Source: Bugula neritina (Eukaryota; Animalia; Bryozoa). Taken from it: DNA of 64,000 bases. The translations under genes and the position numbers were made by a program. Each line of letters begins with the position of its first letter. Positions within the stretch are counted from its first letter, which is position 1. Below, piece by piece: positions 54,601-64,000 of the stretch. The stretch is taken from contig OZ037766.1 of assembly GCA_964035545.1 (NCBI GenBank), forward strand, positions 15,242,722-15,306,721, read 5' to 3'. Below the pieces are notes generated by a model, which saw only the letters and a list, made by a program, of their open reading frames with translations, searched no databases and was not told where the DNA came from.

Positions 54601-57600
54601 CTTACTGGATTGGATATATACTCTCTCGATACATCTGAAATAGGAATGTTGGTCTAGCATGCATACATGTACAGTATTGGGTATTCAATGTACTAGATAC
54701 TACACTAACAAGATCAACAAGCTGCTCAACATGGTGTAATAGAAAATTTAAATGTAAATATCCTCAACGGCCCTCTGTTGTTCATATTACAACATTAGAC
54801 TTACTTATTCTGTTTTGTATACTGTAGAAATATTTTTTCCAACGTGTATAAAAATGAAAATGTTGTAAAGAAAACACCTCATGTATGTATCAATTAACCT
54901 TCCAAGTTTAATGTTTTCAAATGACACTTTCACTTTAATATAACACGAAACTTATTTCTCTGGTGCACATATTTTTTATGTCTTGATTCTGTAAATTCCA
55001 ATCTTTTGTCACTTTAGATAACAAAAGCTGATTATTTTTTGCTACGAGTAACTGAATATATTACAGTTAAAAATTCTGTATGTTGTTACCAGATTTCTGA
55101 CAAGCTCTTTATTCTCCTTCAGAGACTTCCACACTGAGGAACAGAGATCAAAAAATTGTTCGTATCCCATATTTCTTTTGAGATGATAGATGAGAGGACT
55201 GTACCCGGTCAGCGCATTCAGCAGCGACCTCGTCTTGTACACCGCCAAGTCGTCTTCTCCTAGCGTGCTGCTCGCCAAGTCAACAAAGTTGCTGATGTCT
55301 TTCTCTAGAGTATAAAGTAAAGGACACGTGAACAAGAAACTGTTGTATTTCATGCTCTTAGTATTTATGTCAACAAACTGCAAAATGTATTGAACCATGA
55401 TTGCATTAGTTGTCTTTTCACAACTATTGAAATAAAATTCAACATTCTTCGACTTACGAGAATAATCAACAGACAAAATATACGTGTTTTATTAATTATC
55501 CAATAAAAATAACTAAAATAAACATTCAATTTAGCAAGTCCTATAGCTGTACTAATTTTTTGCTACTATTTTATTGTTGAGGTAAAAGAAATCATCAATA
55601 GTCTGCCAATAGTTTGCCTGATATAGAGTTTAGACAAAACAGCCTAAGGCATATATTGGGATTTTATTGAGTGTCCAAGTCTTTTCTTCATGGTCATTTT
55701 ATACTTCTATAAATCAGCCATTACTCTAAGATATCTTATGAAGATTGGAACACAGTCATGAATTAGCCTACTGTGTTTTTCTTGAAATAAATATTGATCA
55801 TCTTATATAAAATAGAAATATTGACACAGCATTTATAACCAACTAACAAGGTTTCTCAGTCTTCTCACCTTTGACCTCTTGCTTCACCCATTCAATAAAC
55901 TCATGGCAATCTCTAAATGCATGCAAACATTCAAGTTCAGGCTCCGTAATATCTTTAATCTTCTCAGCACTTTTTAAAATGTCATAACTAACATCTTTAA
56001 GCTGAAGCTGTTTGTCTTTCTAAAAACACAACGGAAGTGTCTGTATGTAAAGTTACCAAAATGTAGTTTTATCTTTGATGCAAATGACAATAATAGGCAA
56101 ACGTTTCACATCTTCAATGACTTTTAACGAATCCTCTATAGCACACTCTTGCAAAGTGCGCCACTTACTGAATGAAGAATTGTCTCCATGTCAGAGAAGT
56201 TTCCTCTTTGGAGGCCATACATGTCTCTCAGCTGCAGCATAGTTTCAGCTCCATGATGAAACTTTTCCAGTTGAGAACAGAGGTCTATCTGCTCCTTCAG
56301 CCGACGCTCATTACTTGGAGACATGTGCTTCAGCTCAGCTAGCAACTCTTCCTGTTTACCACCAAAGTACTTTGATATCATACTGTCAAGTTCTTCTAGG
56401 CTGAGGGAGCCTAAAACATAGCATAATTAGTTTTAAGCCTAATAGAAAGATTGGTACTAAAATTTAACTACAAACCTTTAAAAATAGCTCAGGTGTGTTC
56501 AAGAATATAAATTCATAGTAAATGATTAAAATAGCTAAATATACAATGAAATATTATATAAAAACAAACATCTTACCAGAATCAAGTTTAGCAACATATT
56601 GTTGGTAACGGTCAAAAGCTTTCTCGTAGGCATCACCCACAATATCCAGTTCCTTGATTGGCTGACGCTGTAAATATTTTTGGAACAGTTGTAGGAATAA
56701 TTTTCGATCTTTCACTTTGTTGAAATCTTCTAGAATAGCCTTAATTGCATCTGGCACACAGTCACATATTACTGTGTGGTTCTCTAGGTCCACCAGTTTG
56801 GCAACCTGCATATTCTGATAAGATCTGTTGAGCCACTGGTGCACTGCGTCAATGTCTGTAATTATAACTCTCATGTGTATCGTAATAACACAATAAAATC
56901 ATTGAGGAATATTAGTACTTGGCTGCTTTAGTTTGTGAAGTAGAAAAATTGTAGGTTACGATTACTTGCTGGAATATTATATAATTTTAAAACCATTGTA
57001 TTAATGTGAATTTAATGTATAGAAAACATGTTGCTTTTAGTGAAAATAAGTCAGATAAATATATATACCAGGATTTTCAGTTAACATACCTGGTGCATAA
57101 CGTGAGCAAACTCCCCACAGACTATCTAACCGTCTAACAAACTCTGTGCGCATTTCTAGGATTTCTTTCAGCTGGTGAAAATGTTGTTTGAGCGGTTCTG
57201 CCGAGTTCTTCCAATCATCTGTGACTTCACAAAGAGCAATCACTTTATCTTCTTCGGCAGCAAAGTATTCAAAGTCAGCCCAAAGTATTGATCCTTCCAT
57301 GACTTGTTCCAGAACAGCATTCACTGCAGTTGATGATTGACTGATGCGATTCAAGTTTACTTCATCAATCACCTCTTTTTGATCTTCTTTCAGGTTGCCT
57401 AAAGTTACACAAAAATCCTTTTAAAACATAGAAGTAGTCAATAGATATAAAATAAATCCTGGTAGCATTTAAAACTAAACACAAATAATTTGGTCTTTTA
57501 CCATAGTGCTTGAGCATTTTACTAAATTTAGACTTCAAAAATTGGTATATATTAGAAATATTTGCAAACCTAATTTTTTCTTTTAATAGTCTTTTTTTTA

Positions 57601-60600
57601 TTTTCAGCAATGCAAATTTTTGTTTGATAAATGATAGTACTACACTTACTAAAAAACCTCCACAACGCCACAAAGTTGCCCCATTTCACAATATTCTTCA
57701 CAATGCCGACGCTGTCCTCATTCTCAGAACCCCATTTCTTACTGACAGCTTGGTTTACCAGTTTACCAATTTTTGGAGAGAAATCTTTTTGGCTAACAGG
57801 TGACTGAAATCCACATAACAAGTGACGTCTAAGTCAAATAATGATATGTTCTATACCAACCAATACAATTTCCATAATTAATTTAAACACAAAATTTCCA
57901 TACACACACGCATGCACGCACACACACACACACATATATAACCTTGTTATTCAGCTAAACATGCATAGCTTACTATAAAGATGTGTTTGAAGCCATATCT
58001 CTTGCTAGTCACAATATAAGCTAAATGTTACAAGGTTTACCCTAAATATCTGGTCAGCGTCCTTGAGAGCTAGGTCGGCTATAACTTGCTCCATGTCCGC
58101 AACTGTAAAGTCACTATTGCAGTACACATCTATTAGTGCCATCTTGTTTATTTCACGAACCTAAAATTTAAATAATTGAACATTTACACAAATTTTATTG
58201 TACTTTGAACACCACAAAAACACTTAAAATTTGAAAATATACTGCAGTTAAATAATTGTAAAAAATAACAACAATAGCAAGTGCAATAATCTACGTAAGT
58301 GTACAGGCATAGGTCAACAGCTACTGCACTATATATAGCATAATTAGCTTTTTTTTGATTATCTTAATAACTTGAGACAAACAGCTAATTAAATAAAAAA
58401 CTGTTTACTAAATCAGCTCAGTTGCATAACAAATTGCTTGAGATATAATTCATGATCACATAAAACCTACCAAGTAACTAAATCAGGCAAGGAATAGTTT
58501 CCAAATTTTACAAAATTGTTTTTCAAGTTCTCTCAAATACAATAATTTTTTAAATGTTACAGCTTGTGACTGAAACAAGATAAGATCAGCTGGGGTTTTT
58601 GGATCTATAAATATACCTGAAGCAAACGAGTTGTAAGGTTCTTTTTGCAGAGGTTTGCCCACCACCCTTGCAGCTTCTTAGCCTGACAATATGAACTGCA
58701 CTGAAATAGAGCTTCCCACATCTACAGGAAATATAGACAAATGATTAATAACAAAGTTAAACCTTCATGGAAGTTAATGAGTACTTCCAATGATATTTAC
58801 AAAATATAAAATAAAAATAATTTTCTATATAATTTAACTTTTCAAAAATTATGAGTGTCAAATATTTCACAACTACCTTCAATATTTCTACATTCTATAT
58901 ATTCTTACATGATTTCCAAAATTGAAAGGAAACCACAACAAAACCAGAAAAACAAAAGTAAATAATACCTTCATTTCCAAATCTCCAAGTTGAATTTGGT
59001 TAGGAAAGTCCTTTGTAGTAGAAAAGTAGAATGTGTTTTCGAATGATTTCAGCAACTTGTTAAAAAATTCAGCAAAATTGTCTTGGACTTGTTTCACACC
59101 CTCTTTTAGTCCATCAACTGAGAGATTCAGCACCAACAAGTTGAGTTGTATAGCACTATATATACCAATGTCAAAGGGATTCTCAAGTCTAGTGCCATAA
59201 TCAGATGATAGAACCAGATTTAGTATGTCTGTGCACACCCAAGTAGTGACATCATCTACTGCCATAGGATCACTGCAACTCAAAATGCAACAACAACTAA
59301 AGATTTGGAGCATAATAATTAAATAATAATTAAACAAACAGAAAAATAAAACAAGAGTGACCAAAAAGAGTATAAATTGCCTACGGAAACGTATATTACA
59401 TTTATATATGAACTTGAGCTATCCAAATTTTGTTTTAAAAATTATCAAAACTTCACAATAAAATCTCTTCATATACAAATTTACCTGATTTTGCACATTC
59501 TTTCTGCAAACTCAAGGGTTTTGTCAATCAGCTTCCATCTATCCTACATTTGATGGCACAAACCAGATCAGTAACACATAAGTCATTCATTATTATTACA
59601 CTTTTAAACGTATTCAATCAGAAATTCAAACTAAAACAGATAAATTGCAGTGAGATACGGCAACAAAAACTAACCGGGTGGTATTTATTGCAGTTAAAGT
59701 GATAGAGAGTACAAGCAAGAACACCATCCAGGGGGAGGCATTTTATTGCATCATCATCAGCTTTCTCTAGAAGGTTCAACAGTTGATCTGCTGTCAGAAG
59801 AGCCAGGAAGGTATATGGCAGCATCTTCATAGAAGGGAAGAAGGGCTTCAACCAGGTGTACCAGGTTTTCCATTCTTCACTAAATGACATGTTCGACACG
59901 AGAAAATTACTAAATGCCTGCAAACCTAAAGATTAATTGAAACAAAACTGATAAGGCCAAAATATTATACAATAAAATGTCACTATGAGACAAGAAGTTA
60001 TTGTTTATTAGAATGCATAAATAACAAAGATACTTCTATACCAGTTTAAATTCAAACTTGCCTCGTGTGTTTCAAACTGTAGTGGCCTGAGAGCTGTCTT
60101 CTTATGTTCCCAATGCCCCACCACCTATCAGAACTGCCAGAGTAATTTTTTCCTCGGTTCGTGATGTCGGCTTCCCCAGTAAATGCCAGGATGAAAGGAA
60201 TGAAGTAAATCCATGCATATGGGTTCTCAGAATTCTGTAACTCAGATGCCATGTTCAAAATATCTTTAAGTAGCTTGCTGAAATAAAATATACTCAGCCT
60301 TTGATAAAAATAAGTTTAGATTCCATCTGACAATAGTGCTAATGTTGGTATTCAAATTAAATTTTAAAAAGGACTAGCTATATAAAAACAGCTGTTTAGA
60401 CTATTTTCTGACACCAATTAAAATAACAAAAATTACCTTTTCTTGAGAATTCATAAAAAAAGTTTAAACCAACCCAAAATTTCTGTAAATATTTCAAACT
60501 TTCAGTATATTTGTGTTTTTTAAAGTAATTATGAAGCCTGTGTTAGTAACCTAATTGTTCTTTTTAGACTAAATATTAGAATTTGCCCTCTTGCATGAAG

Positions 60601-63600
60601 CATGATCTTTGTTTATAGCTTGTACAATATTAAGGACTTATAAATTTCTACAGTGTGTTGATGAGGTAAATTTACAGGGAGCAGCCATGGTCTAGGGGTT
60701 AGAGCATTTGCATAGTAAGCACAAAGTCATGGGTTCGAGCCCGACCACGGCCATTAGTGATGTTAGGAAGAGCATCCAGTCATAATTGCTTATGTGCCCC
60801 ACCTGAATAAGTCATTAACTGGATTTAACAAAAATCTCTTCCATCAGGGGTTTTCTCACAGGGATGTTGACTATAAACTTGCATGAGTTTATAAGGTAAA
60901 TTTACACTATTATCACATTTGTTAAGAATTAGGTTGTGAAACTTACTTCTGCATAAAATTAAACTTTTTATAACTTGCTCTGCTAAATACAGAGAAATAA
61001 TTTTGCTTAACTGCCCACTTGACATGAGATCAGCTCATTAGACCTTGAAATATATTAGAGTGTAAAGCAGAGTTGAATATGAAAAAATAATACTATCACA
61101 AAAATGTTACACATCAATCTCTGAAATATATATTCAAGAATATCATACAAAATACATACCCTGGATAATCAGATCGATCACTTAACAAAGAGGAAACCAT
61201 TGAGCTTAAATCATCAAGCACGGAACACTTCCTAAGAGTTCGATCAACTGCATGAAAAAACTTTGCCGCATGACTCGCTGAAGTGAGCCAACTTGGGAAA
61301 CATCTGGACCCCAGGCTAACGAGTCCCAACAGAGAAGCACAGGCCAGCTCTGGAGAAAGTGACTCATCCTCAAGGGCTTCAAGATGCTTTGATACACAAG
61401 TTAGAAAGTAATTTCCCAGAGCCTAGAAGTAAAATAACCCAACACTGTTGTTCAAATTGCAAGTCTCAAATTTGGTAGTAAATATATGACTTTTTAATTA
61501 AAGTAAAATAACTATTTAACAATATCGCAGCATTGTCTTCGTTCCTTTTTTTAAGTTGGATAATCAAAGTAAGTTATACAGCCAGTCTTAGACTTGGCAA
61601 TATCTAAACCAAATCTAACAGCTGTTGTTATTTATAGTTGATACTACTGAACAAAGTCTCCTTTTTATTTACCGGCTCTTTTGCTATGCTTAGTGCTTAT
61701 TTAAGGCTTATTTAAAAACCTTGTAGTTTAGCGTTATCTTACAGTCTATAACTGCGGTATCAGTAAGAATAAATGTTGAAACTTTTTGTTTTTGTGCAAA
61801 AAGTAGAGTTGAATTAAAACTAATTGATAAGTGATATATAATAATTAAACAAATGAACTTTTATAATGTATTGTTTTAGTTTAGATTATTACAGTGTAGC
61901 AGGTGTCCTTCGTTACAAAACTATACCAAAACATGTAGAAAGTGTAGAATGAGTATAATATGTCTATTAAGGAGATTACTGCAGCTAAAAACAGAAAAAT
62001 CTTTTAATGGTGCTCTTACCCACATTACTTGCTGTTGAATTAGACGGTAATCATAATAGACATAGGAATAAGCAAATCTGTCCTGCTGTCTTACGATGGC
62101 CTGGTTAATCTGAGAGATCAGCTCTTCTATAGAGTTTGTTCTCCCAATGATACACTCTATCCACGAAGGAAGCATAGCCTGAAATCCGTCACTCAATTCA
62201 TGTCCAGCTAGCTTAGGGTCAGAGGCTCCAGTTATTTTGTGCCACATATCAACCATAAATTTTTTGGCTTTCTTTAGTAAATTGGGATTAGGTTGCAGTT
62301 CCACCAACCCATCATACACAGATGCATTTTGGCTTAGACCTGTAAATACATAAATTATGCAATATACAAATTCAAAATTTTTATTTAAATGCCGTTCCAG
62401 CACCAAACTAAAGAAATGTGATTGTACTGCGTTTTATCGACTTATTACACTTATAATAATACTTGCATATCCCCACTTGATTTGAACTGCAACTTTTTTA
62501 TTTATTTCAAAAAATACATCAGCCCCTTGAATTATCAAACAAAGCTTGATTATTTTTTTTAGTTAATTCAGCATTAAAATAGAATTTTTTTCAACAGAAA
62601 CACCCACACACTCCATTTCTATAGTTCACGTTATGGAACAATGACATTCCATCATGGCTGAATAAAATATTTCGTAAGGAGACAGGGATCAGCAATTGTG
62701 ACAACAAAGAGTCACAAAATATAAACAATAATTAGGAGTGTAAGCATTTATAAAAAAATTCAACTCTGCTTTTCATCTAATAAACTAAATTTGACAAAAA
62801 CAAAGGCAGAGCGAGGGGTGTAAAAACACAGTGAGCATTACCTAAAACCAAAATTAGCCATGTCTGCTTATGGCTAGCAAAATTTAAGGGCTAATTCATT
62901 TAGATTTAGAAGCAAATGATTGACCATAGTTCAATTGTGGTTTTTCATTAAATGCAACGTGAATTAGAATCTATTTAAACCATATAAACGCAGTCACATG
63001 GTAAATATGAACCTCATGTATTACAAACATTTTCCAAAACAGCCAATTTAGTAGCAGAAAACTATTTTACTTTTTAGATTGGAATGATGGTAGCCACATA
63101 CAAATTGTTAATATCATTTACCTGAAACATTGAGATATCGATTCACAATGACATTGTAATAACCAGAATGAGAATAGGGCAGCCATTCAAACTCTGTTTC
63201 ATTATCAACATAAATTGCATATTTGTAAGAGAAGCCTCTAGATGATGATGGAATTTCTAGATTTGCCCACCAGACTCCATTCTCACTAGAAAGAAATGAG
63301 TTATCAAGTACATATTTATATATTGAAGCTAATCTTTATTAAACTAAAGAATTACTAAATGTACCAAACAAAGATCTAACCTTTCTTGACATTCAGCAAG
63401 TCTAGTCTTCCAATCATTATATAGATTTCCATATATTTTGACAACTGGTTCTTGCTTCAGTTCCTTGTACAGTTTTTTGATTTTTGAAGACAAGAAAACC
63501 TTGAATGTTACCAGTTTTTTCCCCTCGCTAAAAAATGACACAAATTTAAATTTGCTGCTAAATATGCAAGAAACTGATACATACAATTTATTTTGTATCT

Positions 63601-63764
63601 TTATGCTATAAAGCTTAGCAAAAATCCAATATATTTTCAACAGAATCAAGGTGTTCTTATTTATGCTAATCTGAAATTTGAATAGTTTATTACTTGTCTG
63701 GCTTGCTTTTGGTCTTTGCTTCTTTATGCTTGTATTTGCCTCCGGGTATATGGTCAACTGCCAT
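18696..63764 (-). CDS. RNF213: Gene A: RNF213/mysterin-like giant AAA+ E3 ubiquitin ligase, ~85 exons in window, 5' end possibly outside window; one in-frame TGA at 22039-22041
   Basis: Ordered RNF213 motifs: LNFYTTEQLV, RAGVGKS, DPTWSELRHY, GETGCGKT, ILFLDEANTT, IIAACNPYRKH, LVYRVQALP, FVSLRDV, GKPGSSKS, VVVLDEVGLAE, SNWALDPAKMNRG, YGLRDFY, SRYLLILTEN, LYDALNQY, FPIPLINRLEKH, RING, FLPTM, RZ finger, GHILG. Consecutive exons join in phase; TAA at 18696-18698. Confidence 0.96.
24654..24922 (-). CDS. RNF213: RZ-finger exons of gene A (24888-24922, 24654-24766)
   Basis: YKCPNGHPYYIGN|CGRPVFSTICPECGANIGGRGQGY. Confidence 0.92.
27907..28077 (-). CDS. RNF213: Canonical-position RING exon of gene A, 171 bp, phase 2-2
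   Basis: DCPKDCPICQQTLDSPVQLPCNDIICDSCVIGRRLCTICGDEIPSDFQY; not in the ORF track. Confidence 0.9.
32062..32610. repeat. Intronic 29-bp minisatellite (~19 units) with an 8-unit higher-order duplication
   Basis: Unit tcaagtgactaaggagtgagtaatgaata; variant gtaataacgtcaagtggc recurs at 32111 and 32342. Confidence 0.95.
37074..37274 (-). CDS. Extra (ectopic) RING-finger exon, 201 bp, phase 2-2
   Basis: NVCPSHCLGCDIELNQPFKLPCDHYIGPCCRERIFRADTHQCPVDDCDEVLDAEFEW; tttttag acceptor, AG|gtttta donor; in frame with both neighbours. Confidence 0.85.
39346..39730. mobile_element. Non-autonomous foldback element with 9-bp TSD (MULE-like)
   Basis: Arms built of ttggaaaa/ttttccaa subrepeats and aaaatattcaacatgg/ccatgttgaatatttt; direct repeat aacatagct at 39337-39345 and 39731-39739. 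Confidence 0.8.
40074..41587 (-). CDS. RNF213: Gene A AAA4 exons: Walker A GKPGSSKS (41356-41587), Walker B VVVLDE (40074-40244)
   Basis: Intact Walker motifs. Confidence 0.95.
43952..44713 (-). CDS. RNF213: Gene A AAA3 exons: Walker A GETGCGKT (44587-44713), Walker B ILFLDE (43952-44109)
   Basis: Intact Walker motifs. Confidence 0.95.
44905..45860. repeat. Intronic 31-bp minisatellite (~30 units)
   Basis: Unit tatcttatctcagtatctgatgtatgactaa; no unique spacers. Confidence 0.97.
49638..49869 (-). CDS. RNF213: Gene A exon with AAA2 Walker A (RAGVGKS)
   Basis: Motif plus IHLDIAHE. Confidence 0.92.
60677..60830 (+). mobile_element. tRNA-derived SINE
   Basis: A-box-like tggtctaggggttag and B-box ggttcgagccc, followed by a non-tRNA body (aggaagagcatccagtc); cloverleaf imperfect. 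Confidence 0.75.
63122..63527 (-). CDS. RNF213: Gene A CBM20-like exons (63381-63527, 63122-63285)
   Basis: LVTFKVFLS...NDWK...VWWANLEIP...FSYKYAI...FEWL...VNRYL. Confidence 0.8.
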
Positions 63765-64000
63765 CTAAATTACATTGAAAGAAAAATAGTAGCTAAACTA
63801 TTATTAAGAATATACTGGTATGAGGTGGTAGATTCTACTGGTGAATTTTTGGTGAGTAAAAAGAATAACAAAAACTGCTAGCCTTCAAAATATAGCCGAG
63901 ATAAAATATCAGACATCTTTACAAATGTTCCACAAATATCGAGACAATTGTTATGAAAGAGGAAACGGTCTTTTTCATGCATGTTGTTAAAATGCACTAA

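Noticed and set aside
60677-60752. Functional tRNA gene
   Set aside because: Stems imperfect and sequence continues into a SINE-like body.

Overview
AT-rich, intron-rich animal (invertebrate-type) genomic DNA; I cannot name the species from sequence. The window holds two tandem minus-strand RNF213/mysterin-like genes. Gene A (about 63764 to 18696) splices by hand into roughly 85 exons covering CBM20-like, stalk, AAA+ core, E3 module (RING, RZ finger) and CTD to the stop codon. Gene B (ATG 13701, running off the left edge) shows only its N-terminus: four zinc ribbons, a long low-complexity region and a CBM20-like domain whose exons have the same intron phases as gene A. Gene A has three oddities. 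(1) A second RING domain sits on a symmetric phase-2 exon at the end of the AAA module, and both RINGs have altered zinc ligands. (2) The RZ finger keeps its catalytic-position Cys but lacks the GGxxH His. (3) There is one in-frame TGA in the CTD. The intergenic region has a Penelope-like GIY-YIG insertion forming a ~500 bp inverted repeat at (TA)n, three hammerhead ribozyme motifs, and a putative promoter with NF-kB and IRF/ISRE-like sites. Introns carry two decayed RTE LINEs, two foldback MITEs, a tRNA-derived SINE and two minisatellites. Exon coordinates were read by eye and may be off by a few bases.
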